Below the pieces are notes generated by a model. The model saw only the letters and a program-made list of their open reading frames with translations, was not told the origin of the DNA and made no database searches. Made by a program: the position numbers and the translations under genes. From Candidatus Omnitrophota bacterium (GTDB lineage Bacteria > Omnitrophota > Gorgyraeia > Duberdicusellales > 4484-171), in the NCBI GenBank assembly GCA_043823745.1, contig JBDRAN010000013.1, forward strand, positions 818 to 64,817: DNA of 64,000 nt, given 5' to 3'. Below are positions 40,470-50,489 of this stretch, piece after piece. How positions within the stretch are numbered: position 1 is the stretch's first letter; every line of letters starts with the position of its first letter.

Positions 40470-41267
40470 GTGTACATGAAATATAAAACTATTATCTTTT
40501 GCATCCTGTTGGTAAGTATATTATATATACCGCGTCAAGGCTTTGCTCAACCTCAAAGTAACGCAACCGCAAAGATTGTCGATCTTTATGGCGATGTGTC
40601 AGTGAAAAAAACCACCGCCGGCGCATGGGAACAAGTGACCACGAATATGTTCCTGGAGCCCTCGGCCGAGATAAAAACAGGCGCAGACTCTAAATGTACG
40701 CTTATCTTTGACGATGCCATGAAAAACATTCTCACCGTCAAAGAGGACTCGCAGATTACCCTGACGCAGACAAAACCGGTCGACATCGCGCTCGCACAGG
40801 GCAAGGTGTTTGCCTTAATCGATGATATCACGCGCGTTGAGAAGTTCGAGATCCGTACCCCTAACGCGATTTGCGGCGTGCGCGGAACCGGCGAATCGGT
40901 TGAATATGCCAACGGCTCAACTGTTGCGCGGTGTTTTCTTGGCGTCGTTAGCATTCAGGGCCTTGACGCAAACGGCACCCTGCAGAAGGCACTTGAGCTT
41001 CTGGCCGAGCAAGGCGTGACGATAGGGCCGGAAGGGCTTCTGGGTGCACCATTTAGTATTTCGCAAGCCGCCCGCAAAGCTTGGGAAGAAGATTTCTTGA
41101 TGCATGTTGAATACATACAGAGCGTAGGTCCCAGCGGGATAAAGCCTCATCAGGCTTCCGCCGGTGCCCAGCCCCTTGACGGAAGTTCGATCTATGGCGG
41201 AGACGGAAGTATAGATGAGCCCAGACAAGAGATATATTCAGCAGAAGGAGGAGATGATGAGTGGTAA
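40470..41267 (+). CDS. exported FecR-domain protein, paralog 4
   Basis: Signal peptide; FEIRTPNAICGVRGT. Confidence 0.85.
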   Translation: MYMKYKTIIFCILLVSILYIPRQGFAQPQSNATAKIVDLYGDVSVKKTTAGAWEQVTTNMFLEPSAEIKTGADSKCTLIFDDAMKNILTVKEDSQITLTQTKPVDIALAQGKVFALIDDITRVEKFEIRTPNAICGVRGTGESVEYANGSTVARCFLGVVSIQGLDANGTLQKALELLAEQGVTIGPEGLLGAPFSISQAARKAWEEDFLMHVEYIQSVGPSGIKPHQASAGAQPLDGSSIYGGDGSIDEPRQEIYSAEGGDDEW

Positions 41268-42318
41268 GGAGAAATGTATAGCGAAGATAACTATCATTGG
41301 ATGTATGGTATTGGTAAGCCTTTTTTTGTTACCCGTGGTTAGTTTTGCCCAGGCGCAAGGTGACGCAAACGCTAAACGAACGGATGACCAGACAAGCAAA
41401 GCCTTTGACATAATGCAGATTCATCGGCTTCTCTTGCCCTATTCGTTCTCTCCGCGCGTTGGTGTTACGCTGGGGTATGACAGCAACGTTAATCTTGATA
41501 ATGCGCGTAAGGGCGATATGTTTGAGGACTTTGCTCTCTCGATGCGCTTCAGTAAACCCTGGCTTGAAAACATCAAATGGTCTGAAGGCATTAATTTTAC
41601 CTTTAACTACGATCTTGATGTCCTTAATTATAACCGGGTTACCGACGCGTCAAACATCCTTAATCATTTTGTGTTCGGTTTGAACAAAAAATACGGGCCG
41701 TTTACCGCAGGTATCGGCCATGACCTCGGAATTCTTTATTATCCGAATAATGAAGACGGTGATTTTATCTTTAACAAAAATTTTATCTATCTGCGCCAGA
41801 ATATTTTTAAGAAATTCTATCATCAGTTGCGTTTTGAAGGGGGCCTGAAGCAATATACCAATAAACACGCGCTCGGTGATTCCCTGAATACGCTGCAGGA
41901 TAAAAAACGTCACGATGACCGCTACAGTCTTGATTATAGTATCGGCGCAAACCTTACGCCGGCCCTCTTTGCCCGGTGGAACAGTCGATACACCGTTAAT
42001 GAGTCAAACGCCATCTATCTTGATTTTTACGATTACACCGCGATTGAAACAAGCGCGTACCTGGAGTATCAGCTGATGCGCAGGCTCTATCTTTTTTCAA
42101 AGCTCACCTTTATGCATAAAGATTATTCCCGCACCGTGACCCTGCGCGACTACGAGCAGCGCGATAATTACTATGCGGGTCTTATCGGTGGAACGTATCA
42201 GCTTAATAAAAACAACGCGCTTACCGCGTCGTATACGCGCCGGCAGAATTATTCCAACGACCGGCTTGAGAAGTATTTCGAGAATGTCTTTACCGGCGGC
42301 TGGCAGTATAGTTTCTAA
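41254..42318 (+). CDS. outer-membrane beta-barrel protein
   Basis: Signal peptide, GYDSNV motif, amphipathic strands, C-terminal WQYSF; start chosen from RBS GGAGGAG. Confidence 0.85.
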   Translation: MMSGKEKCIAKITIIGCMVLVSLFLLPVVSFAQAQGDANAKRTDDQTSKAFDIMQIHRLLLPYSFSPRVGVTLGYDSNVNLDNARKGDMFEDFALSMRFSKPWLENIKWSEGINFTFNYDLDVLNYNRVTDASNILNHFVFGLNKKYGPFTAGIGHDLGILYYPNNEDGDFIFNKNFIYLRQNIFKKFYHQLRFEGGLKQYTNKHALGDSLNTLQDKKRHDDRYSLDYSIGANLTPALFARWNSRYTVNESNAIYLDFYDYTAIETSAYLEYQLMRRLYLFSKLTFMHKDYSRTVTLRDYEQRDNYYAGLIGGTYQLNKNNALTASYTRRQNYSNDRLEKYFENVFTGGWQYSF

Positions 42319-42552
42319 TCGATACGCAGAAAAATTCAATAGTTCATAATAACGGCGTATCGATTGTCCCGCGAGGTTGGTAAAATTTTCTCGCTCGTCT
42401 TTCAAGCAGGAAATTTTACCATATCTAGCCGAGCAGGGATTATAGAGAGATTCCTGGCGTCTCGTTCTTCTAACCTTCGTAACGCATTCGCGCTTCTTTC
42501 CATGCTTCGTTGAGGCGTTATCGACCGGAATGCTTTATGCCGATAATTCTTT

Positions 42553-44520
42553 ATGAAGTTCCTTAAAAAAATCCCGCTTAAATTCTGGATAATTCTTGCC
42601 GCGTGTACTATTGTCTTTACGGTGTCTTATTTCCGCCTTACCGCGAATCTCGAGCTCCTTACCTATGATTTTCGTTTGCAGTTGCGGCCGCCGCTGGCAA
42701 CCCTCGGGGATATAGTTATTATTGAGATTGATGATTCGAGCGTGCAGGCGCTAGGGGTATGGCCTTTCCCTCGTGACGCCCACGCGGCACTCTTAAATTA
42801 TTTACGGTATGCCGGTGCGAAAGCAGTTTTTTTTGATATCCTTTTTAGCGAGGACAGTTATGGGAGAAGTTCTCTTCCCCCGAATACCCATGGAGCCGTC
42901 GATTTTAAAAGCGAAGATCTTGATTTTAGATTCGAACAGTATATACGTGAAAGCGGGAATGTGTATTTATCAGAAGCATTTGAGATCAGTGAGTCACCGT
43001 TTCCTGGGTTACAACCGCCATCGGCCCGGCGCTATACCGGGCCAATACTGGCGAGGTTTAAACAATATATCCGTGGAGCAGGGCATATCAATACTATTAC
43101 CGATGCTGATAGTAAAATACGTAGAATTCCGCTTTTTATTCGGTATCAAAACACTTTCGTGCCGCATGTAGCTTTAAAGATGGCCTGTGACGAGATGGGG
43201 CTTGATGTAGGTAAAGTAGTTTTTCACGGTCGCCAGGTCATTATTGATAAAAAGCTTTCTTTGCCAATTTCGGATAGCGCTTCATTTATGGTGAATTATC
43301 CCGCAGGGTGGGTGTCATCCTTTACGCATGTTTCTTATGTCGACCTGATTGAGGCTCAAAACAATCTGGTGCAGGGAGGAAAGCCTACCTTTGATCCCGC
43401 AAAACTTAAAGGAAAAGTCTGTTTTGTCGGTTTAACCGCAACCGGCACTCATGATTTAAAAGGCATGCCCTTTGAAAAGTTATATCCGATGGTTGGCCTC
43501 CAGGCCAGCGTTTACAACAGCATCATGATGCGGAAATTTATAACTGATATTGGGCCGCTTGCCAATTCGTTTTTAAATCTTATTGTTTTTCTTGTAAGCC
43601 TTTTTGTGTGTTTCTATTTTCTACCGCTCAAAGCTTTGTGGAGGGTTGTTATTCTTGCGGCTGTTTATTTTATTTCTGCCGCTGGATTGCTTTTTGTCGG
43701 TTTATGGATTGATTTATTTCTACCGTTACTCGTGATCGCGGTCACCTACGTTGTTCTTACGCTCTATAAATTCATCGAAGAGGTTCACAAGCGCCAGCTT
43801 ATCGAAAAAGAACTTGAAATCGCCCATGCCATACAAGAAAGCTTCTTGCCGCGAGATATCACTGACCACGCCGACATTACAATCAATGCATTCATGCAGC
43901 CGGCAAAGTTTGTTGCCGGCGATCTCTATGATTTTGTAAAAATTTCAGATCATGAGCTCGGTGTTTTTATCGGCGATGTTTCGGGCAAGGGGGCCTCCGC
44001 ATCCCTTATTATGGCGCAGACCGTTTCGCTCTTTCGTATATTCAGTCGTCAATACCGCGAGCCGCATGAGGTTATGAACGCGCTTAACCGGGAGCTAGCT
44101 GCGGTTTTGTCAGGGCGGTTTGTTACCGCGACCTATGTTATTCTCGATACTAAGGAAAAAACAGTACATGGGGTTTGCGCGGGGCATCTTCCGGTGCTGG
44201 GGCTTACCGAGGGTATGGTGTGTGAGTTTTTTGCTGCCGGAGGCCCGCCGCTTGGAGTTGTCGATACGGTTGAGTATGAGGCAGAATCAATAAGCCTTAT
44301 GTCCGGAGAGCGGATTCTTCTGTATACCGATGGTTTGATCGAGGCGCGCAACAAGAAAGGAGAAGAGTACGGTATTGAACAGTTAAAAAATCTCTTCAGC
44401 AAGAATTCAACCGCTCCGGTAGCAGAGTCGTTACCCGCGATGATGAAGGAGTTTTTAGAATTCTGCCGCGATCTCCCGCAGTTTGACGATATCACCGCGA
44501 TACAGCTCTCTTGTCCGTAA
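42553..44520 (+). CDS. CHASE2 sensor + 3TM + SpoIIE/PP2C phosphatase
   Basis: IEIDD, WPFPR, DILFSE, DADSKIRR; AGDLYD, GDVSGKG, YTDGLIEA, DDIT. Confidence 0.92.
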   Translation: MKFLKKIPLKFWIILAACTIVFTVSYFRLTANLELLTYDFRLQLRPPLATLGDIVIIEIDDSSVQALGVWPFPRDAHAALLNYLRYAGAKAVFFDILFSEDSYGRSSLPPNTHGAVDFKSEDLDFRFEQYIRESGNVYLSEAFEISESPFPGLQPPSARRYTGPILARFKQYIRGAGHINTITDADSKIRRIPLFIRYQNTFVPHVALKMACDEMGLDVGKVVFHGRQVIIDKKLSLPISDSASFMVNYPAGWVSSFTHVSYVDLIEAQNNLVQGGKPTFDPAKLKGKVCFVGLTATGTHDLKGMPFEKLYPMVGLQASVYNSIMMRKFITDIGPLANSFLNLIVFLVSLFVCFYFLPLKALWRVVILAAVYFISAAGLLFVGLWIDLFLPLLVIAVTYVVLTLYKFIEEVHKRQLIEKELEIAHAIQESFLPRDITDHADITINAFMQPAKFVAGDLYDFVKISDHELGVFIGDVSGKGASASLIMAQTVSLFRIFSRQYREPHEVMNALNRELAAVLSGRFVTATYVILDTKEKTVHGVCAGHLPVLGLTEGMVCEFFAAGGPPLGVVDTVEYEAESISLMSGERILLYTDGLIEARNKKGEEYGIEQLKNLFSKNSTAPVAESLPAMMKEFLEFCRDLPQFDDITAIQLSCP

Positions 44521-44716
44521 GCGCGAATTACCGCTAATCGAAAACGCTAATGACCGCGAATTTATAAACAAGAATTACCACGAATCGAATACGAATTCAC
44601 ACGAATCTCTGATTTGTGGGTATTCGTATTTATCCGCGCCCCTCTTCCTTCATCCCTCATTTTCATTCTTACCCTATGAGCCATGAGCTAAGAGCTATGA
44701 GCTTTCTTCGAGCCCC

Positions 44717-44767
44717 TTGACACCCTCCCCGGTTATGGTACACTCTATTTGAGACTAAGTCTCAAAT
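44717..44767 (+). promoter_or_regulatory. promoter plus perfect palindromic operator (probable Fur-family box)
   Basis: TTGACA-16 nt-TACACT, then ATTTGAGACT-A-AGTCTCAAAT directly abutting the ATG. Confidence 0.75.
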
Positions 44768-45199
44768 ATGAACGAGAACGATTTTTTTAGACAATACGGT
44801 ATTCGAAAGACATGCCCCCGCAGCGATATTTTTAAAATAGTGTGCGTGATTCCAATGCGTCATTTTTCGGTCGAGGACATACGCGCGCGTTTGAAATCTA
44901 CCGCCTGCGTTATTTCCCGAGCAAGCGCCTACCGCACGATCAATCTCTTTACGCGCAAAGGGTTTTTACACGCGACTGATCTGGGTGAAAACGTACGCCT
45001 GTATGAGCTGGCCCGGCCCGGCGAACACCATGATCATCTTTGTTGTAGTGCCTGTGGCGAGGTTATTGAGTTTACCCACAAAGGTCTTGAGGCCTTACAG
45101 GAGAGAGTGTGCCGCACCCAGGGATTTAAGCCGGCCAGCCATCTCTTACGCATATGGGGATTATGTCGGAAGTGTCAAAAGCGCACAAGGAAACCATGA
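44768..45199 (+). CDS. fur: Fur-family transcriptional regulator
   Basis: SRASAYRTI, HHDHLCCSACGEVIEF, GLCRKC. Confidence 0.88.
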   Translation: MNENDFFRQYGIRKTCPRSDIFKIVCVIPMRHFSVEDIRARLKSTACVISRASAYRTINLFTRKGFLHATDLGENVRLYELARPGEHHDHLCCSACGEVIEFTHKGLEALQERVCRTQGFKPASHLLRIWGLCRKCQKRTRKP

Positions 45200-47124
45200 A
45201 AATAAAACGAATCGCGATCGTTGGCGCCCCCAATGTGGGTAAGTCATCCATCTTTAACCACTTAAGCGGTCGCTACGCGACGGTTTCGAACTATCCGGGA
45301 ACAACCGTAGAAGTTTTTAAGGCCAGCGCTCTCATTAAGGGTGTCTCGTGTGAGATTATCGATACGCCGGGAATGTATTCGTTGCTATCGTTAAGCGAGG
45401 AAGAGCGGATAACCCGGCGCATGATTTTAAGCGAACATTTCGACGTGATCATGCAGGTAGTCGCTGCGTGCGATCTGGAGCGCAGTTTACCGCTTACGAT
45501 ACAGCTCATCGAGGCCGGTCTCCCGGTAATTCTTGTGCTTAATATCATGGATGAGGCATCGCGTGAAGGATATGATATTAATATTGAAAAATTGCAGAGC
45601 CGTTTGGGTATTTCTGTGATTCCTACTGTTTCCGTGCGCGGCCGAGGCATGAAAGAATTACGAGAAGTAATTAGTGATGCGGCTCCCGCGTCCCGCAGTC
45701 GGCTTGTAACCTATTCTGAGTCCATTGAAGAGGGGGTAGAGGAATTACGTGCGTGTTTGAAAGGTACCTATCGTGTTTCAGTCAGGACCATCGCTACGCT
45801 TCTTCTTGAGGCCGATCCCGACATCATCGATTATGCGCGTTCCGCCGGCGAGGATAGTGGGTGTATCGAGCGTATAAAAAATAGGATTCAGGAAAAAAAT
45901 GCGCAACCTTTGGAATACCTCGTACACGTGTCACTTAAAGTCAAGGCTCACGCTCTTGCTGGCAGCGTTACCCGCCATCGCGCCCGCGGCAGAAAGAAGT
46001 TTTTATATATACTTGATGATCTTACGCTAAAACCCCTCCTGGGGCTTCCGCTTTTGTTTCTTTTTCTCTATTTTGGTTTATATAAATTAGTCGGTGAATT
46101 TGGCGCGGGAACGGTCGTTACGCTGCTTGAAAAAGGATTTATGCATTATGTAAATCCGGCCTGCGTGAAGTTTTTTAACGCTCTGCCCTGGCCCGTTGTT
46201 TCTCGGCTTTTCGTTGGCGAGTACGGTATCGTGACACTCGGTATTCGTTACGCGGTCGCTATCGTGCTGCCGATTGTCGGTATTTTTTTTCTTGTGTTTA
46301 GTTTTGCCGAAGATACGGGATACCTTCCGCGTATGGGAGCTATGCTTGATCGGCTCTTTAAGCGTATCGGTTTAAGCGGCCGGGCCGTGATCCCGTTGGT
46401 GCTGGGGCTTGGTTGTGATACCATGGCAACAATGGTTACGCGGGTGCTGCCCTCGCGCCGTGAGCGTATTATTGCGACCTTCCTACTTTCCTTAAGCGTT
46501 CCCTGTTCCGCGCAACTAGGAGTTATTATGGCGGTTCTGGCGCCAAGGAAATTAGGGCTTCTTATTTGGTTTGTTACCATCACCATAATATTCGCGCTTT
46601 CGGGCTTTATGCTTAATAAAATCCTCAAAGGTAAAAAACCCTCGTTTTATATTGAGCTTCCGCCGTTGCGCCTGCCGCGCTTTGACAATATTATGGTTAA
46701 GACTTATACGCGTCTGGTGTGGTATTTTAAGGAGGTTTTGCCCCTTTTTATTATTGCAAGCGTTCTTATCTGGGTGGGTCAAATTACGAAGATTTTCGAT
46801 TTGCTGCTACGCGCGTTGCGCTATCCGCTTGCGCTGATCGGTCTGCCCGAAAGCTTTTCACAAGTATTCCTTTTTGGTTTTTTCCGCCGCGACTACGGCG
46901 CGGCAGGACTCTATGATCTTGACCGCACGGGAGCGCTTTCGTTGCGGGAAGTAGTAGTGTGCACGGTTGTTTTAACGCTTTTTCTGCCCTGTATTGCACA
47001 GCTTTTGATGAATATTAAGGAGCGCGGCTTGAAGATGGCATTGAGCATCACTGTTTTTGTGCTTGTTTTTTCTTTTGGTGCGGGATTCTTGTTGAATAAA
47101 GTTTTACTTCTGGTTGGCTTCTAG
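45196..47124 (+). CDS. feoB: ferrous iron transporter B
   Basis: GAPNVGKS, NYPGTTV, DTPG, EDTGYLPR, PCSAQ, ELP. Confidence 0.95.
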   Translation: MKIKRIAIVGAPNVGKSSIFNHLSGRYATVSNYPGTTVEVFKASALIKGVSCEIIDTPGMYSLLSLSEEERITRRMILSEHFDVIMQVVAACDLERSLPLTIQLIEAGLPVILVLNIMDEASREGYDINIEKLQSRLGISVIPTVSVRGRGMKELREVISDAAPASRSRLVTYSESIEEGVEELRACLKGTYRVSVRTIATLLLEADPDIIDYARSAGEDSGCIERIKNRIQEKNAQPLEYLVHVSLKVKAHALAGSVTRHRARGRKKFLYILDDLTLKPLLGLPLLFLFLYFGLYKLVGEFGAGTVVTLLEKGFMHYVNPACVKFFNALPWPVVSRLFVGEYGIVTLGIRYAVAIVLPIVGIFFLVFSFAEDTGYLPRMGAMLDRLFKRIGLSGRAVIPLVLGLGCDTMATMVTRVLPSRRERIIATFLLSLSVPCSAQLGVIMAVLAPRKLGLLIWFVTITIIFALSGFMLNKILKGKKPSFYIELPPLRLPRFDNIMVKTYTRLVWYFKEVLPLFIIASVLIWVGQITKIFDLLLRALRYPLALIGLPESFSQVFLFGFFRRDYGAAGLYDLDRTGALSLREVVVCTVVLTLFLPCIAQLLMNIKERGLKMALSITVFVLVFSFGAGFLLNKVLLLVGF

Positions 47125-47309
47125 GGCGCGCATTGCCGCGAATCAAAAATGCTCAGGTATGTCAATGATAAGTAGATATTTGTATCATGGAGGGTATACC
47201 CCTTGCGCCGGCATATCCAAAAATTTCTTGACTAAGGGTCAATAAATTTTCGGAAGCACTGCGGGGTTAATCCTTCCGGCGTTACGCCGAAAGGATTAAG
47301 GAGGTAGTA

Positions 47310-47954
47310 ATGGATAAATTGAGCGATCGGGAAGAAGAGGTCCTTGAGTTCTTATGGATTGAGACACAAGAACACAAGAAAAAGCCCGGCCTTGACGTAT
47401 TACGAGACGAGCCGGAACTTTCTTCGCTTACCGAGAAGGGCTTTCTTGATTTAAAGAACGAAGCGCTATTGACGGAAAAGGGGCTTGCGGAAGCGGCGCT
47501 GTGCGTGCGCCGGCATCGCCTCGCCGAGCGTCTCCTTGCCGATATTTTTGACGTTAAGGACCCCCTGATGCATGAGGCAAGCTGTAAATTTGAACATGGG
47601 CTCCACGCGGGGCTCCAGGATAATATATGTACCCTGCTCGGTCATCCGCGTACCTGTCCGCATGGAAAAACAATTCCGCCCGGCGCCTGCTGCAAGCAAT
47701 TTGAAACAGTGCCTAAGCGCTTCATCGTACCGCTTCGCGAGCTTTCTCCCGGAGAAGGCGGCAGAATAAGTTATATCAGTACGCACGACGCTGAGGTTGT
47801 CCGAAAGCTTATTGCTATGGGGATTTTGCCCGGTGTTGGCATTGAGCTCCTGCATCGTTTTCCTTCCTTTGTGTTTCGCATGGGCGGTTCAACCTTTGCT
47901 ATTGATCATGACTTGGCGGAGCATATTTTTGTCTTGGTACTTAAGAGAAAATGA
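47310..47954 (+). CDS. DtxR/MntR-like metal-binding protein with C-terminal FeoA domain
   Basis: RRHRLAERLL, CKFEH, LGHPRTCPHG, LIAMGILPG. Confidence 0.88.
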   Translation: MDKLSDREEEVLEFLWIETQEHKKKPGLDVLRDEPELSSLTEKGFLDLKNEALLTEKGLAEAALCVRRHRLAERLLADIFDVKDPLMHEASCKFEHGLHAGLQDNICTLLGHPRTCPHGKTIPPGACCKQFETVPKRFIVPLRELSPGEGGRISYISTHDAEVVRKLIAMGILPGVGIELLHRFPSFVFRMGGSTFAIDHDLAEHIFVLVLKRK

Positions 47955-48125
47955 TGTTTAGATCACAGATTATCCGACGATCAAGATAGACTCCGTTTAG
48001 AACATTAGAATTTTGGTAATTGGATTTGAGATTTGTAGTTTTGTTGCACTGGATGCGTGGGGCGATTCATTAGCGGAAATTAGCGTTTTGAATTCGCGGT
48101 AATTAGCGTTTAAAAAAGGAGATGT

Positions 48126-48524
48126 ATGGAGACACGCGTTGATTTAAAATTCTTACAGAACGATCAATTTGAGATTGTTGCCGCGACTAATCAAGTTACC
48201 ATTACCGTGGATAAAAAAAAAGAAGGAGTTCCTGCGTCCGGCCCCAATCCTCTTGAGCTCTTTCTTTCAAGCCTTGCTTCCTGCGTGGGCGTGTACGCGC
48301 TCAGGTATCTTTCGAGCCATACGATATCTTTTTCAACGCTTTCGGTTCGTGCTACCGCCGATTTTTCACCGGAGCCGCCGGCGCGCTTAGGTAATATAAA
48401 ATTGGCAGTTTTAACGGACGCGGCGCTTGAGGATAAAAAGGAAGTTTTCCTGCGTTTTATTCGTAATTGCCCAATTCATAATACGGTTATGCATACAAGT
48501 AAAGTGTCTATTGATCTAGCATAA
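48126..48524 (+). CDS. OsmC-like protein
   Basis: GPNPLELFLSSLASC ... CPIHNT. Confidence 0.88.
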   Translation: METRVDLKFLQNDQFEIVAATNQVTITVDKKKEGVPASGPNPLELFLSSLASCVGVYALRYLSSHTISFSTLSVRATADFSPEPPARLGNIKLAVLTDAALEDKKEVFLRFIRNCPIHNTVMHTSKVSIDLA

Positions 48525-48563
48525 TTTTTGCGGGTTTGCTTTGATTTATACGTTCGCGGCGCT

Positions 48564-48650
48564 AAAACCGCGGCATTCATGCCGCGGATTATGTGGTGCG
48601 CCGCTCAGTATTCTGTCCACCAACCCCGGGTTTTGAGCCCGGGTGGGCTC
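48564..48650. mobile_element. possible IS200/IS605-derived minimal element (two subterminal hairpins, no ORF)
   Basis: CCGCGGC-ATTCAT-GCCGCGG and CCCGGG-TTTTGAG-CCCGGG about 40 nt apart. Confidence 0.4.
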
Positions 48651-48721
48651 CATTTTTTGTTGACAGTGTGTGTCTATAATGATACATATAATCCGTTCAG
48701 CCTTCTCTAATCATTATTTCT

Positions 48722-49900
48722 ATGCGTTATCAAAAAAGCACCCCCAATCGTAAAGTCCTCGGATTTATTATATTCCTTATCGCCTGCGCCGGTCTTGTAA
48801 TTTTTCATGAGCGCGTTATTATTACGCTCGCAAAAAAAAATATCGCCGAAGTATTCCCCGGCAGCTCTATCGCGATCGATCGCTGTCATTTTGAACCGAC
48901 ACATCTTTTGGCGTTCCAGGGTATTACTATCAAGAAAGAAAAAATCTATGATATTACCCTTAAAGAGCTGCGCATTGACTATACGCTTGTTTCTTTGGTC
49001 CGGCGCGCCATCGAGAAGGTTAGCGTGAGCGGCCTTACCGTTAGAATTACGACACCTCGCGCGTCCGCGCGTGCTTTGAGCCGCCACATTGCCTTAAAAC
49101 CATCGGGCGCTTTAAGCGTTCGTAAGCTGGCCGTTACTGATGGGCGCCTGGATCTGCGGACTCAAGAGGTGCGCCTTGAGGCAGGCATATCATTGGGTGC
49201 TGATATTTCCCGCTTGCGCCTTGAGCATTTTACCTTCACGCTTGATTCGTTGACAAGCGGCGACGTGCATGCGGAGAATGCTTCCTGCTCAGGCGCGTAT
49301 AACGAGGCAGGAAAAATTTTCATTCCGCAGGTGCGCTTTAATAAGATAAAACTTGCAGACGTCAGCGCCACGCTGCGCTTTACCGAGAGCGTGATCGCTT
49401 TCGAGCACGCGAGCGCGCGATTTCTGGGTGGAATGATTACCGGAGCGGCAACCGTAAAGGTGCCTGAGTTTAGCTATGTGATCGATCTGCACGGTACGGG
49501 TCTTGACGCGCAAGTATTTACTAAAGATTTTGAATTGGAGGACAAATTTAAGATGGTCGGTCATTGGGAAGGATCTCTGAAGGCTGTCGGCCGTGCCGCG
49601 GCGGTTACATTTTTTGACAGTAATTTTGGCGCGGTTACCCCCGGCGGTAATCTTGAAATTATCGATAAGAAGTTTGTGGAGGACATGGCGCAACGCACCA
49701 AAACGCCATCGGATATTTTACTGGAAAGATTCAGGGATTATCATTATAATAAAGGGGTCGTAGATCTTTCGCTTGAAGGAAACGATATGGTTGCCGGTGT
49801 TATTCTTGACGGAGAAAAAGGCAAGAGTAATTTCAAGATATACCTGCACGATTTCCTTAAAACATTACTTAATCAAATACAAGGAGGAGGTATCGCATGA
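48722..49900 (+). CDS. YdbH/AsmA-like intermembrane bridge protein
   Basis: N-terminal TM, beta-rich repeats, FLGG, PGGNL, RDYHY; followed by YnbE/YdbL-like gene. Confidence 0.7.
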   Translation: MRYQKSTPNRKVLGFIIFLIACAGLVIFHERVIITLAKKNIAEVFPGSSIAIDRCHFEPTHLLAFQGITIKKEKIYDITLKELRIDYTLVSLVRRAIEKVSVSGLTVRITTPRASARALSRHIALKPSGALSVRKLAVTDGRLDLRTQEVRLEAGISLGADISRLRLEHFTFTLDSLTSGDVHAENASCSGAYNEAGKIFIPQVRFNKIKLADVSATLRFTESVIAFEHASARFLGGMITGAATVKVPEFSYVIDLHGTGLDAQVFTKDFELEDKFKMVGHWEGSLKAVGRAAAVTFFDSNFGAVTPGGNLEIIDKKFVEDMAQRTKTPSDILLERFRDYHYNKGVVDLSLEGNDMVAGVILDGEKGKSNFKIYLHDFLKTLLNQIQGGGIA

Positions 49901-50463
49901 GAGCATTTATGATGGCGATAATTTTTATGGCTGTAGCGATCCCGGGGTGCGCCAGGGTGCGCGTTGAAGCGCCTAAGGAACCTATCAAGGTTGACATTAC
50001 GATGCGTCTGGATGTGTATCAGCACGTCGTGAAAGATATTGACGATATTGAAAGTATTGTTTCCGGGACCACGCCGCGCGCAGCCGGCATCACGCGTAAG
50101 GCATCCTGGCTTATTGAAAATGTATACGCCGAAGATGGTTTAAGTCCCGACGTTGAAGCGGCAGCCCTGCGGCGTAAAGATCGACTCCCGCAGCTTACTT
50201 CCTGGGAGGAGAAAGGCGTCATTGGAGAAAATCGAGAAGGTCTCGTTGTGGTCCGCGCCAGCGGTTCAGTTGACGCTCAGCTGGTGAGCGATGAAAACGC
50301 TGATCGCATGGTTATTTATCAGTGGATCGCCAAGAAAAACGGGACTTCGGTTGCAAGCGTCAAGGAGCTCTACGCGAAAAAGCTCCAGGAGACCGCGCCC
50401 AGCGGCACTCCCATTGAAGTCATGGATGGCGCAACTGGAAATTATGGGTGGAAAATACGTTAA
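49897..50463 (+). CDS. YnbE-like lipoprotein fused to YdbL (DUF1318)
   Basis: Lipobox IPGC, APKEPIKVDI; GVIGENREG, ENADRMVIY. Confidence 0.8.
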   Translation: MRAFMMAIIFMAVAIPGCARVRVEAPKEPIKVDITMRLDVYQHVVKDIDDIESIVSGTTPRAAGITRKASWLIENVYAEDGLSPDVEAAALRRKDRLPQLTSWEEKGVIGENREGLVVVRASGSVDAQLVSDENADRMVIYQWIAKKNGTSVASVKELYAKKLQETAPSGTPIEVMDGATGNYGWKIR

Positions 50464-50489
50464 GGATCCACGTAGTGTAAGGAGGCATC

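Noticed and set aside
38028-41267. Diversity-generating retroelement template/variable repeats
   Set aside because: No reverse transcriptase; differences are not adenine-specific and all copies are in full ORFs
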